NCBI GenBank assembly: GCA_030549845.1
Contig: JAUQQN010000001.1
Location: 6,879 to 70,878 of the forward strand
Length of the DNA: 64,000 nucleotides
Reading direction: 5' to 3'
Origin: Patescibacteria group bacterium
GTDB taxonomy: Bacteria > Patescibacteriota > Minisyncoccia > UBA6257 > HR35
Shown here piece by piece: positions 46,761 to 57,257 of the stretch. Numbering within the stretch: the first letter of the stretch is position 1; the number at the start of each line of letters is the position of its first letter. Position numbers and translations under genes: made by a program. Under the pieces are notes generated by a model that saw nothing but the letters and a program-made list of their open reading frames with translations, was not told the DNA's origin and ran no database searches.

Positions 46761-47919
46761 TGATTTTTAGTGATTTTAGAAGAATTAAAAGAGAAATTGA
46801 CATTAAGATTATACCGATTGTGAACGAATAAGTAAAGCCAAATTTTGTCCAGATATAACCAGCAAGTGAACCACCAAGAAGTTGGCCTATGCCAAAAAGA
46901 GCATTTAAAGTGCCTTGGGAGGTTGCTAAATATTCAGAAGAAACATTCTTGCCTATATAAACCATTTTTATCCCATCTATTGAAGCTAAACTAAATGCTA
47001 AAACAATAATTCCTAAAATCACAAGTAAATTAATATTTATTAGAAATAAGAAGTAAGAACTAATTGCAGTTAAAAATCCAATAATTAAAACTTTATCTTC
47101 GCCTAATTTATCAGCGGTTTTTCCTAGAAAAAAAGCAAAAATTACAAAAGATAAATTAAAAATAAAATAAAACAATGGGAAAAATTTTAATGAAGGATCA
47201 ATTGTTTGAGTCCTTAAAAGAACTAAAGCTAAAGGAAAATAACCTAAAGAAAAAATAAAAAATGAAAGAAGATAAAGCTTTATTTTGGATGAAAAAATTT
47301 TGAAATCAAAAATAAATTTTTTGTTTTTATTATGAGGTTCTTTTTTGTCTTCAACAAAAATAAAAGTTAAAATTGCTAAAAAACCAATAAGTGTTCCGAA
47401 CAAAAATAAACTTTTATAATTCAAATTTAAAAAATAGTTTAAGAGAAAAAAGCCTAAAAGAGGGCCTAAAATAGCGCCAATAGTATCAAAAGCTCTATGA
47501 AAATTAAATGATTTATTAAGCTCTTCTTTGTCTGAAGAAAGATATAGTAAAGCATCGCGAGGTGCATCTCTTAATCCCTTCCCTACTCTATCAATAATTC
47601 TTAAGGTAAATACTTGCCAAATGCTATTTACAAAATAAAGCATAAACCTTGTAAGATTAGAAATTGTATAGCCTAAAACAGCAAATATTTTTCTTTTATT
47701 GTAATAGTCAGAAAGTCTTCCCGAAAAAATTTTAAAGATATTGACTAAAGCATCAGCAGTTCCTTCTAAAAAACCAACAAACCATAAGGGTGCATTTAAA
47801 CTTTTAACTAAAAAAGCAGGCATAACAGAATAAATCATCTCACTTGAAAAATCATTAAATAAACTCACAAGACTTAAAAAGAAAACATTCTTATTTACTC
47901 CTAAGATTTTATTTTTCAT
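46753..47919 (-). CDS. MFS-family transporter
   Basis: 12 TM helices, motif GRLSDYYNKRK in loop 2-3 (MFS signature G-R-[LI]-[SA]-D-R). Confidence 0.7.
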   Translation of the reverse strand: MKNKILGVNKNVFFLSLVSLFNDFSSEMIYSVMPAFLVKSLNAPLWFVGFLEGTADALVNIFKIFSGRLSDYYNKRKIFAVLGYTISNLTRFMLYFVNSIWQVFTLRIIDRVGKGLRDAPRDALLYLSSDKEELNKSFNFHRAFDTIGAILGPLLGFFLLNYFLNLNYKSLFLFGTLIGFLAILTFIFVEDKKEPHNKNKKFIFDFKIFSSKIKLYLLSFFIFSLGYFPLALVLLRTQTIDPSLKFFPLFYFIFNLSFVIFAFFLGKTADKLGEDKVLIIGFLTAISSYFLFLININLLVILGIIVLAFSLASIDGIKMVYIGKNVSSEYLATSQGTLNALFGIGQLLGGSLAGYIWTKFGFTYSFTIGIILMSISLLILLKSLKINA

Positions 47920-47969
47920 ATCTTTTATTATTTATTATATATTTTTATTAATAAACGCGATAACTTCGT

Positions 47970-48640
47970 TCAGCACTTCCAACAACTCATCGATTCTATG
48001 AATTCTTTTTTCCCAACAAGAATTTGATCTTGCGGATAACGAGGTTTAGGAGATAATTTTATTTCTGATTGCATTGTATTTATCAATTGAGATAAATAAA
48101 TTATAAACCTCATGCATAAAGCTTCGTCTTCATAATTATCAATTAGATTCCATAACACATCTTCACTTACAGCTAATAAAATTACTGGTAAACCCTCAAT
48201 ATTTGTTGTTAATTCAAAACTCTTATTTTCTTTAAGTCTGAAACCAAAAACAATCGTAGCGCCTTTTTCCAAATCAATTCTTCTTACTTTATTTTTTTCT
48301 CTTGATATCTAAGTGAGTTTACATCAGCAATGTCGTCTATAGTTGTAATTAATTCACCACTGTTCATATCTACAATAATATTATCTATTCCATTAAAATA
48401 ATCATTATATTCAGCACTTCTTAAACATAAAAACTCTCTTTCAATTAAGTATTTATTTAAAATAAAAGTTTTAAAAATTTCCAAGGCTTCACCAGAAGAT
48501 AATATAGATTTTTTCTCATTTATTCTTAATTCATCAATAATAGGAATTTCAGGAAATCTTTATTCAATTTGTTTATGGATTTTTTTTATAATATTTCTTA
48601 ATCTTTCAGTCCTATTTCTTTTTCTTCTCTTTCACTTTTT
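47970..48640 (-). pseudogene. Possible degraded gene: three adjacent ORF fragments in different frames plus an in-frame TAA
   Basis: ORFs 47970..48272 and 48284..48484 abut in different frames. Upstream of 48484 the same frame reads ...KKIHKQIE*RFPEIPIIDELRINEKKSILSSGEALEIFKTF... across a stop. Confidence 0.3.
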
Positions 48641-48685
48641 CTTAATACATAAAATTCAGGATTATATTTATATATAGAATAAATC

Positions 48686-49117
48686 TTATAAAATCATTAA
48701 AATCGCTCCAATAGTTATTAATATTGCTCCCAATAATTTGTAAAAAGTTAATTTTTCCGCTAAGAATAAAACACTAAAAATTAAAACAAAGACAACGCTT
48801 AACCTATCTAAAGCAGCAACTCCTGATGCTGGGCCAAGTTGTAAAGCCAAAAAATAAAATAACCAAGATAAAGCTCCAGAAATTCCGGCCAAAATTATAA
48901 AACCTAAAGCTTTTGAATCAATTGTTGTTATAAGCTGGTATTTCCCTAGCGCAAAAGATACAAGAATCAAAAATAAAGCCATTATAATAGCCCTTACAGT
49001 TGTTGCCAAGGTTGAATCAATATTAGAAACTCCAATTTTCCCAAAGATTGCTACCAAAGCTGCAGAAATTGCTGAAAGTAAAGCAAAAATTACCCAGCTC
49101 ATTTTGATTCCTCCCAT
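48686..49117 (-). CDS. EamA-like (DMT superfamily) small transporter
   Basis: 143 aa, 4 TM; typical EamA half-repeat composition. Confidence 0.6.
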   Translation of the reverse strand: MGGIKMSWVIFALLSAISAALVAIFGKIGVSNIDSTLATTVRAIIMALFLILVSFALGKYQLITTIDSKALGFIILAGISGALSWLFYFLALQLGPASGVAALDRLSVVFVLIFSVLFLAEKLTFYKLLGAILITIGAILMIL

Positions 49118-49413
49118 TTTTCTGCATTTTCTAAAATATCTCCTTCTTTAAATAAGATTGCCTTTAATACCTCCCTCCATTTAGGCAATTTTCTTGTTAA
49201 CCATTCCAAATCGATAGCAAAGTGTTCAAACTCTTCTGCTTGTGCATGCTCTAAAATTTTTTTTACCTCTGAATCTTTGGTAACAGAAATTCTTTGCTGA
49301 TACCAATTAATCGCTTCAGCTTCTTCAATTAATGATGCCATTACTCTTGCAAAATCTTTTGTTTCTTCATTTAATTCTTCTGGTGATTCGTGGTATTGAC
49401 TAAATCCTGCCAT
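49099..49413 (-). CDS. Ferritin-like (EncFtn/rubrerythrin-like) small protein
   Basis: EEAEAINWYQQR ... AQAEEFEHF (E..EExH di-iron ligand pattern), ~100 aa. Confidence 0.5.
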   Translation of the reverse strand: MAGFSQYHESPEELNEETKDFARVMASLIEEAEAINWYQQRISVTKDSEVKKILEHAQAEEFEHFAIDLEWLTRKLPKWREVLKAILFKEGDILENAEKWEESK

Positions 49414-49631
49414 TTTTATTTTTATTAATTAATTATTGACCTTGTTGTAATTTTTAAACTAAATAATGTAAGAAATAAGAAACATAAAAATTATAACAAA
49501 AAATTAACCCAGAAATATACTAGCAAAAGCAAATTGATCTTATTGAAAAACCTTAAAAATAAAGCAAAAATTGTTGCTACTTTTAAAAGATAAAACAACA
49601 AAATTTAAAATAGAAGTAAAAAATAAATTTA

Positions 49632-49667
49632 ATAAAAAGGCCAGCGCCTTAAAGCACTGGCCTTCGA
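49632..49667 (-). terminator. Rho-independent terminator for the 49690..50112 gene
   Basis: GC-rich hairpin AAGGCCAG(C)GC-TTAAA-GC(A)CTGGCCTT, followed on the minus strand by TTTTATTAAATTTATTTTTT. Confidence 0.65.
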
Positions 49668-49689
49668 CCGTCAAAAATTTATTAATTTA

Positions 49690-50112
49690 TTATTGTGAAG
49701 TGGAGGTTGATGTAGTTGATGTTGTAACTGGTGTTGATGTAGGTATCATTAATTGTCTACATTCTGCTTTAATTCTTCTCAATTCTTGATTAAACCATTT
49801 GTTCATTTCTTTTATTTCTTGATTATAGGTTCTCCTCATCTCTCTTTTTGCCTCAGTAGTTGTTGCATTTTTATATCCTTCTTTAAATTTGCTTAAAGCT
49901 TGTTTTTTTCTATTCTGCATTTCCCTTGTTAGCGCTCTTACCTTTTCACCAACACACGTATTATAAGCTTTATTTTTCTGTAAAAAAGAAGGAGTTGATG
50001 TTGTTGAAGTTGCTCTACGATGAAACATAAATTTTGACCTTTCAGTAGCAGCAAAAGTTAATTGTGTAATTAAGAAAATAACTAAGGCTATAAAGATAAA
50101 ATATTTTTTCAT
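49690..50112 (-). CDS. Secreted basic protein with C-terminal Thr/Ser-rich tail
   Basis: Signal peptide; K/R-rich helical region; TSTPVTTSTTSTSTSQ tail. Confidence 0.45.
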   Translation of the reverse strand: MKKYFIFIALVIFLITQLTFAATERSKFMFHRRATSTTSTPSFLQKNKAYNTCVGEKVRALTREMQNRKKQALSKFKEGYKNATTTEAKREMRRTYNQEIKEMNKWFNQELRRIKAECRQLMIPTSTPVTTSTTSTSTSQ

Positions 50113-50172
50113 CTTTAATTATTAATATTTTTAATTTTGACCTTATCAATAATTATCCTGTTAATTACCCTA

Positions 50173-50487
50173 TTAATAGACTAAAGGAGGCGAACGAGTA
50201 TAAAGTTTATTTGTAAAATTAGCTGGTCGTATAATTTCAAAGGTGATAGATAATTTATTAAAATAATTTTTAAAAATAATAAGGATGATCAAAAATAAAT
50301 TAACTAAAAGGAGAATTGCATAAATTAGGTTATTTTCAGGAAAAATAAATTCTAAAATATCATAGTTATCAGGATCAAGAATAAAAATTAAATTTAAATC
50401 TGGATCCAAATAGTTATTATAAAGAAGAACAGGAAGGCTAATAATTAATGATATTAACAAAAATAAAAATAATAAATATTTTTTCAT
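50173..50487 (-). CDS. Hypothetical small membrane protein
   Basis: Two hydrophobic helices. Confidence 0.35.
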   Translation of the reverse strand: MKKYLLFLFLLISLIISLPVLLYNNYLDPDLNLIFILDPDNYDILEFIFPENNLIYAILLLVNLFLIILIIFKNYFNKLSITFEIIRPANFTNKLYTRSPPLVY

Positions 50488-50579
50488 TATTATAATAATT
50501 ATAGCATAGATAGTATAAAATTTAAAAATATCAGCTTTACTTCATACAACTTGCGCTTTAATTACACTATTTTTCTTAA

Positions 50580-50706
50580 CTTATTGGTACTTCTTTAATC
50601 CTTCCTTTTGAAAATAAAAATTTAATTTTAGGAACTTGGCAAAGGGTGGTTTTAGTTGAATTTAATGGACCACGAGAAAGAGAGATTTATATTAGAATTA
50701 TTTAAT
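50580..50706 (+). repeat. Duplicated 3' end (~125 bp) of yjbQ-like gene (gene remnant)
   Basis: Near-identical to 54500-54624 (...GGTACTTCTTTAAT[C/T]CTTCCTTTTGAAAATAAAAATTTAATTTTAGGAACTTGGCAAAGGGTGGTTTTAGTTGAATTTAATGGACCA[C/A]GAGAAAGAGAGATTTATATTAGAATTATTTAA). Confidence 0.85.
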
Positions 50707-51417
50707 CTCATAAGTGAGAGTCACTAAAATTTTTATTTCTTGGGAGCCGGTTTCAATTTGAGGAGTCCCAATTCCTCCTTGCTCTCCTGCACCTATTCCT
50801 TTTGGAAAAATTGCATAAGGCAGTAATCCAGATGATTCTGTTATATTTACAATTTTGCCAAGTCTAAAGCCTGCTGTTTTAGCAATTTTTTCTGCTTTTT
50901 CTTTTGCCTCTTTGATTGCTTTTTCTCTTGCTTTATCTAAATAGATTTTTTCATCATCAATTGTAAAATTAGGACCATAAATATTATTAGCACCATTTTG
51001 AACTGCTCCACTTAAAATTTCTCCGATTTTCCTTAAATCTCTAATCTTTACAGAAAAACTTTGATTAATTGTATAACCAACTATTTCTGCCACTTGACCA
51101 TATTTATATTTGGGTGTAATTGAATAATTTTCTGTACTTATATCTTTCTCTTCAATACCTTGACTTTTTAAAAAATTTATTACTTTATTAAATTTCTCAC
51201 TATTTTCTTTTTGGAGTTCAATTAAATCTTTCCCTTCACTAATTAAACCAATTCTTATTTCAGCAATATTTGGAATAACAATTTCTTTTCCCTCACCCGA
51301 AACAGAAAAAGTTCTTTGAGGCGTGATTGTTTTTGAATATTCATAAACAAACCAAAATACTGCGGTGACAAGAAGGAAAATTCCAATAATTATTGAATTT
51401 CTTAGTGCTTTGTCCAT
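50698..51417 (-). CDS. SIMPL/DUF541-family periplasmic protein
   Basis: N-terminal anchor, then GEGKEIVIPNIAEIRIGLISEGKD and ...GPNFTIDDEKIYLDKAREKAIKEAKEKAEKIAK... typical of DUF541. Confidence 0.6.
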   Translation of the reverse strand: MDKALRNSIIIGIFLLVTAVFWFVYEYSKTITPQRTFSVSGEGKEIVIPNIAEIRIGLISEGKDLIELQKENSEKFNKVINFLKSQGIEEKDISTENYSITPKYKYGQVAEIVGYTINQSFSVKIRDLRKIGEILSGAVQNGANNIYGPNFTIDDEKIYLDKAREKAIKEAKEKAEKIAKTAGFRLGKIVNITESSGLLPYAIFPKGIGAGEQGGIGTPQIETGSQEIKILVTLTYEIK

Positions 51418-51481
51418 TTATATAAAAATTTTAATCTCGGCCAAAGTTATAATTTTTCTTCTAACTTTTTATGAATTTTAT

Positions 51482-51868
51482 CTATTTTTTAACAATTAAA
51501 GACGAATGATGATGTAAAATCTCCCAATTATTGTTTTTATGCCAAACAAATGTAAACTTAGCATCTACTTTTTTCTTCTTATTTTTGTTTTGAATTTCAA
51601 ATTGATATAAACCGCAATGAATATAACAAATCTCTGAAATAATTTTGGTTTTTTCCTCAACAATATTAACTTTAGGTTTTTTCTTTATAAATTCTTCAAA
51701 ATACCTTTGAATTTCTTTTCTTCCAATTCTTATTTTTTTATCAAATGTAGGAAGTAATATAGCATTTTTAGAATATAGATTTAAAATCTCATTAATATTT
51801 TGGTTTTCTAATGCCTTTTTCCATTTATTAAAATTTTCTTTTGCAATATTTTTCATTTTTAAATTCAA
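51482..51868 (-). CDS. NTF2-like/SnoaL-like small protein
   Basis: Size and hydrophobic pattern; weak. Confidence 0.35.
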   Translation of the reverse strand: MNLKMKNIAKENFNKWKKALENQNINEILNLYSKNAILLPTFDKKIRIGRKEIQRYFEEFIKKKPKVNIVEEKTKIISEICYIHCGLYQFEIQNKNKKKKVDAKFTFVWHKNNNWEILHHHSSLIVKK

Positions 51869-51908
51869 GTCTATCTAATTTAAAAACGACCTTTTGTTGT
51901 TATAATAT

Positions 51909-54092
51909 TTATTCTTCTAAAGAAAGCTCTTTTATGGCTTCGAAGTTTTTTTCGTCTAAAACTATAATTTTATTTTCGCTTATTACATAAAGATAATCAT
52001 TGATATAAATAGCCCTTTTAACACTATAGTTTGATATTGATTTTACCAAATTTAACTTATCATCTTTATACGAAAAAATATAGCCACCATTACTTGCAGG
52101 CAAGAAAAATATTTGATGTTTGTCATCAAGTAAGAAAGCATGAAAGTTATTTAAAACTTCGCTCCAATATTCACTTAATACATATTTGTCTTTCTCGATT
52201 GGATTTTCAGGATTTGATACATCAAAAAGAGAAATTTTTACTTCTTGTCCATCTTTACCTATTCCTAAGATTTTGTCTTTTGTAATTGGATGCAAATATG
52301 ATGACCAACCTGGAATTTTTAATTCTCCTTTCAAAACAGGATTTTGTGGGTTACTTAGATCTAAAACATAAAATGGATCAGTTTCTCTAAATGTTACTAC
52401 GTATCCCTTATCTTCTATAAATCTAACTGAATATATTCTTTCGCCCTTTCCTAAATCTAAAACATAACTTAAGACTTTTAAGTTTTTATCTAAAATATAA
52501 ACATCATTTACGCTTTCTCTACTTCCAATGAATAGTCCCATCTCCCAAAATCTTTCTCCTATAGTTACTGCTATCCTCAAATTATCGTTATATTCATCTA
52601 AAGAAAACTGATTAAGCGGATAACCAGGAACTTCGCCTGTTGAATCTATTTCTAATGTGTCATTATTTATTTTAACTATTATTGTTTTTTCAAATTTTCT
52701 TTTATTTAAAGAATAATATTTCTTAAATCTATTTATAATCTCATTTTGAATTCTTAAAACCTCATCTGAATTGAGTGTTTTAGAGTAATTTTCTAATATA
52801 AATTCAATTTCATTTAATTTTGAATAACTGCTTATTTCATAATTTTTTAATTGAGATAATTTTTTAATAACCGAAGAAGGCAACAAATCTGATAATTGGG
52901 TGAAGAAATCAATAATCAAGTTAGGGGTTTCTTCATTATAGCTGTAAGTTAAATAAATATTTTTATAAGACATATAAAAAACCGAATCTTGAGTAGAACC
53001 CAAGAAAGAAACTTGTTTTTCAATTTCACCATTTTTAGGATTAATCACTGAAACAACAAATAATGCATTTGTTGGGAATAAAATATTAGGATGATAAATT
53101 TCTTTGCAGTTTAAAATTATTTCTTTATTATTTAACAAAAATAATTTTATCGGACAAGCTTCATTAATTTCTATAAATCTTTTTGTTGCTAAATAAATTT
53201 TATTTTTAAACAATCGAGCTGTTATTATTGAGGTATTTTCTAGGCTAATGTTCCATTTTTCTTTAGGATTTTGAGGTTCAGAAATATCATAACCATAGAT
53301 TTTGTTTAAATTTTTATCGAATATTATTAAAATTTTTTCATCTTTCAAAAGCAATAAATCTCCAGCTTTATCAATTTTAGAAAGAACCCTTAAATTCTCA
53401 ACAGGAAAGGCATTTATTAGTAACAATAATGATTCTATTTCATAATATGGAGATATAAAATTACTTTCTTTTGGAGGCCTTGAAATTACATAACGAGGCT
53501 CTTTTGAAAAATAAATATTATAACCATCAGTTTTTACTATATCAGGCTCATCAATTCCCTTAATTTGAACTGTAGTTTCTGAAACTCTTTCGGGGCTTGG
53601 TGTTAAAGAAGTAGCCTCAGGCATTTCTAGTATCATACCTTTGGATATTCCCAGCCCTTTTAGTTCTCTATCTTTATTTGCTAATAATAAATAATTCATA
53701 AAATCTTTTTCAGATTTAAATCTTTCAAATTTTATTTTTGAAGTTTTAGAAGGTAAAAGTGTAACAAGTTCTTTTAATTTTTTAATCCCTAATTGCCCAA
53801 TACTATATCCACTTACATTACCATACCAAAGTTTATAAAATTCTTTAACTGCTTCTATTGTTTGCTTTCCATAATAACCTGTAGCGCCAGAAGGAATATT
53901 GATTCCTATCTTAATTAAACATAATTGCAAATTTTTTACATAATAGCCAGATTGTTTATATTTAATCGGAATTAATTTTTGTGGGTTGCAGTCACTTATT
54001 TTTTGCGCAAAGCTTATATTTGTAAATCCAAAAATTATGAGAAATAACAAAAAAGAAATCAATATTACTTTTTTAATTTTTAACAAGTACAT
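51909..54092 (-). CDS. Secreted protein with N-terminal peptidoglycan-binding domain and large beta-rich C-terminal region
   Basis: Signal peptide; PG_binding_1-like LQLCLIKIGINIPSGATGYYGKQTIEAVKEFYKLW. Confidence 0.55.
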   Translation of the reverse strand: MYLLKIKKVILISFLLFLIIFGFTNISFAQKISDCNPQKLIPIKYKQSGYYVKNLQLCLIKIGINIPSGATGYYGKQTIEAVKEFYKLWYGNVSGYSIGQLGIKKLKELVTLLPSKTSKIKFERFKSEKDFMNYLLLANKDRELKGLGISKGMILEMPEATSLTPSPERVSETTVQIKGIDEPDIVKTDGYNIYFSKEPRYVISRPPKESNFISPYYEIESLLLLINAFPVENLRVLSKIDKAGDLLLLKDEKILIIFDKNLNKIYGYDISEPQNPKEKWNISLENTSIITARLFKNKIYLATKRFIEINEACPIKLFLLNNKEIILNCKEIYHPNILFPTNALFVVSVINPKNGEIEKQVSFLGSTQDSVFYMSYKNIYLTYSYNEETPNLIIDFFTQLSDLLPSSVIKKLSQLKNYEISSYSKLNEIEFILENYSKTLNSDEVLRIQNEIINRFKKYYSLNKRKFEKTIIVKINNDTLEIDSTGEVPGYPLNQFSLDEYNDNLRIAVTIGERFWEMGLFIGSRESVNDVYILDKNLKVLSYVLDLGKGERIYSVRFIEDKGYVVTFRETDPFYVLDLSNPQNPVLKGELKIPGWSSYLHPITKDKILGIGKDGQEVKISLFDVSNPENPIEKDKYVLSEYWSEVLNNFHAFLLDDKHQIFFLPASNGGYIFSYKDDKLNLVKSISNYSVKRAIYINDYLYVISENKIIVLDEKNFEAIKELSLEE

Positions 54093-54234
54093 TTTTGTTT
54101 ATTAACATAATATTTAATTTAATACCCGACTGTTTCAAGACTTAATTATAACTTAAAATTTAAATCTACTTAAAGTATGTATTATCGAAAGCTGGATTTT
54201 AATTGTTTAAAATTATAATAAAGTTATTCAAAAA

Positions 54235-54624
54235 ATGAAGATTTTGAAAATAAAAACAAATAAAGAAAAACAAATTTTAGACATAACGGGGGAGATTAAT
54301 AAATTATTACAAAATCAAAACAAAAATGAAGGCTTGATTTATCTTTTTTTACTTCATACAACCTGTGCTTTAACTACTGCTGATCTAGATCCAGGGGCAG
54401 ATTTAGATTATTTAAATGCTTTTGAAAAAATTGCTCCTAAATTAAAATATCGTCATCCACATAACCCAGCGCATTTTCCTGATCATTTTCTTTCTTCAGT
54501 TGTTGGTACTTCTTTAATTCTTCCTTTTGAAAATAAAAATTTAATTTTAGGAACTTGGCAAAGGGTGGTTTTAGTTGAATTTAATGGACCAAGAGAAAGA
54601 GAGATTTATATTAGAATTATTTAA
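54235..54624 (+). CDS. yjbQ: YjbQ/UPF0047-family protein
   Basis: LHTTCALTTADLDPGADLDYL ... HPHNPAHFP...LILPFENKNLILGTWQRVVLVEFNGPRER signature. Confidence 0.75.
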   Translation: MKILKIKTNKEKQILDITGEINKLLQNQNKNEGLIYLFLLHTTCALTTADLDPGADLDYLNAFEKIAPKLKYRHPHNPAHFPDHFLSSVVGTSLILPFENKNLILGTWQRVVLVEFNGPREREIYIRII

Positions 54625-55319
54625 TGAAAAAAGGTAATAAATTACTTGTATTTTTATCCTTAATTTTGGTGATTTTTATAATAATTTATTTTGCTAAAGA
54701 GATAAATAAAACGCCATCTAAACCACTAATTAAAAATTTAGAAAAATCTCAAAATATTGAAAAAATAAAAGAAAGAAAATTAGATTGGGCTTTATTATTA
54801 CCCGAAATAAAAGAAATAATTTCGCAAAGTTTAAAAATTCCATCTTCGACTTTAGAAGTAACAATTCATCAAGAAATTGATCTAAATAATGATAAAGTAA
54901 ATGAAGTTATTGTTGAAATATTAAACCCATATCATGGTGCAGTTGCCTTAGAACAGTATGCTATTTTTAAAATAGGAGAAAATAATAAACCAGAGTTTAT
55001 TAAATTAAAAGAAAAAAGTGGTGAGATACAAGAAGCAATGTTTTCACAAGGTGAAGGTGGAGCAGGAAGATATGGATTTAATTTTGGATTTTTACCAGAA
55101 AAACAAATTATATATAGACAAGCTTTTTCTGCTTATAATTCTCCAAGTGATTTCTGTAAAGTTGATGCCTATATTTATAAACCTTTATCTGGCTACTTTG
55201 AGTATGATGAAAATATCTCAAAGGATTTAACAAAAAAATATTGCAAAGAATTATGTGACTATATTTCTAAAATGGAAGGAATGGAAGAGTATTTTTCAAA
55301 TATTTGCAGCCAGTTTTAA
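54624..55319 (+). CDS. Hypothetical membrane-anchored protein
   Basis: N-terminal TM; no motif. Confidence 0.4.
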   Translation: MKKGNKLLVFLSLILVIFIIIYFAKEINKTPSKPLIKNLEKSQNIEKIKERKLDWALLLPEIKEIISQSLKIPSSTLEVTIHQEIDLNNDKVNEVIVEILNPYHGAVALEQYAIFKIGENNKPEFIKLKEKSGEIQEAMFSQGEGGAGRYGFNFGFLPEKQIIYRQAFSAYNSPSDFCKVDAYIYKPLSGYFEYDENISKDLTKKYCKELCDYISKMEGMEEYFSNICSQF

Positions 55320-55834
55320 ATCTCTTTTATTATGATTTCTTTTAAACTTTTTCTTGGAGGTCTTTCTTTGTCTTCTTTTGAAAAACCAAGAGGAATTACT
55401 GCTATTGGTTTTAACTCGTCCTTCAAATTTAATAGCTGTTTTAATGTGTCTTCATTAAAAGCCCCTACCCAACAAGAAGCTAAACCAAAATTTGTAGCAA
55501 CTAATTGAATATAAGAAGCAAAAATGGTGGCATCTTGAATTGCATATAAATTTCTTCCTCTTTCTCCATATTTTTTAGCTGATTCTTCCAAGTTAGCACA
55601 AATCACAAAGACAACCGTAGCTGATTCAATAAAACTTTGCCCATAACAAATCTCAGCTATTTTCTTTTTAACTTCTTTATCTTTTACGATTACTACGCTT
55701 CTTGCTTGCAAATTTCCTGCGGAAGGAGATAAATTAGCTAATTCTATAATTTTGTAAATTAATTCCTGAGGGATTTCTTTAGCTTCAAATTTCCTTATTG
55801 ATTTTCTTTTATTTATGACTTCCTCAAATTCCAT
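55316..55834 (-). CDS. Nitroreductase-family protein
   Basis: KRKSIRKF ... PSAGNLQ N-terminal nitroreductase signature. Confidence 0.7.
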   Translation of the reverse strand: MEFEEVINKRKSIRKFEAKEIPQELIYKIIELANLSPSAGNLQARSVVIVKDKEVKKKIAEICYGQSFIESATVVFVICANLEESAKKYGERGRNLYAIQDATIFASYIQLVATNFGLASCWVGAFNEDTLKQLLNLKDELKPIAVIPLGFSKEDKERPPRKSLKEIIIKEI

Positions 55835-55854
55835 TAAAAAATTATAATATAACT

Positions 55855-56832
55855 ATGAAAATAGCTTTTATAGGAGATGTAATGATAGGAAGGTTGGTTA
55901 ATGAGATTTTAAAGTATGAAGAATTTAAATATGTTTGGGGAGATACATTAGAAATTTTGAAAAATGCAGACTTGAGAGCTTGTAACTTAGAATGTGTAAT
56001 TTCTGATATAGGTGAACCATGGTCAATAACTCCTAAAGTTTTTCATTTTCGCTCGGATTCTAAAAATATTGAAGTTTTAAAAGTTGCAAATATTAATATT
56101 GTTTCTTTAGCTAATAATCATACCTTAGATTATGGTTATGAAGCAATGTTTGATATGTTAGAGAATTTAAAAAAGAATGGTATCTATTATACCGGAGCTG
56201 GTAAGAATTTAGGAGAAGCTTCTCAACCTGTGATTTTAAAAATCAAAAATAAAAAACTGGGGTTTATCGCTTTTACCGATAATGAACCTTTCTGGTCAGC
56301 GACAAATAATAAACCAGGAATATTTTATGTAGAATTAAAAGAGGGTGGCAAAAATCTTGATTATTTATTAAGCCTTATTGAAGAAACAAAAAGAAAGGTT
56401 GATTATTTGATTATTTCAGTCCACTGGGGACCAAATTGGGGATATCAACCATTGAAAGAACATATTTATTTTGCTCATAAATTTATTGAGTGCGGAGCTG
56501 ATTTTATTTTTGGACATTCTCCTCATATCTTTAGAGGTATTGAGATTTATAAAGAGAAATTTGTTCTTTATAGTGTTGGAGATTTTATTGACGATTATGC
56601 AGTAGATGAAGTTGAAAGGAATGACGAAAGTTTTATTTTTATTTGGGATATAGAAAGGCAAACTTTAGAGCTTTATCCCACAATAATAGAGAATTTCCAA
56701 GCAAGATTAGCAAAGGAAGATAAAAAAATGAAAATAATGGAAAAAATGATAAAACTTTGTAATATATTAGGAACTAAAGTAGAACTAGAAAAAGACAAAT
56801 TATTAATTAAAGATAAGTTAAAATTAAATTAA
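55855..56832 (+). CDS. CapA/PGA_cap-family metallophosphatase (capsule biosynthesis-like)
   Basis: FIGDVMIGR, NLECVISD, NINIVSLANNHTLDYGYEA, HWGPNWGYQP motifs. Confidence 0.75.
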   Translation: MKIAFIGDVMIGRLVNEILKYEEFKYVWGDTLEILKNADLRACNLECVISDIGEPWSITPKVFHFRSDSKNIEVLKVANINIVSLANNHTLDYGYEAMFDMLENLKKNGIYYTGAGKNLGEASQPVILKIKNKKLGFIAFTDNEPFWSATNNKPGIFYVELKEGGKNLDYLLSLIEETKRKVDYLIISVHWGPNWGYQPLKEHIYFAHKFIECGADFIFGHSPHIFRGIEIYKEKFVLYSVGDFIDDYAVDEVERNDESFIFIWDIERQTLELYPTIIENFQARLAKEDKKMKIMEKMIKLCNILGTKVELEKDKLLIKDKLKLN

Positions 56833-57239
56833 TGACAAATTTTGTAGTTGTCGGAATAATTTTAAACAAAAAAGGCGAGGTTTTGATAGTAAAGAGAAAA
56901 AAGGTCGAAATTACTCAATCTGGTAAAAAACTTATTTGGGTATTCCCTGGAGGTAAGGTAGAAAAAGATAAGTCTCGTGAAGAAAAAGTTGTTGAAGAAG
57001 TGTTAGCTGAAACAGGTTATAAAGTAAAACCAATAAAACAAATTCATTTAAGAATTCATCCAGATTCTTTTTTAATGATTGCTTATTTTTTGTGTGAACT
57101 TGAAAACGAAGAACCTATAAAAGAAATTGAGGAGAAGGATGAGATAGAGGAAGTTAGATGGGTAAAACCAGAGGAACTAAAAAATTATTTCACAACTGAT
57201 ATAGACCCTGAAGTTAAAAAGATTTTAAAAATAGAATAA
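56832..57239 (+). CDS. NUDIX hydrolase
   Basis: Nudix box GGKVEKDKSREEKVVEEVLAETGY. Confidence 0.8.
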   Translation: MTNFVVVGIILNKKGEVLIVKRKKVEITQSGKKLIWVFPGGKVEKDKSREEKVVEEVLAETGYKVKPIKQIHLRIHPDSFLMIAYFLCELENEEPIKEIEEKDEIEEVRWVKPEELKNYFTTDIDPEVKKILKIE

Positions 57240-57257
57240 AAATTACTCTTTGGTTGT

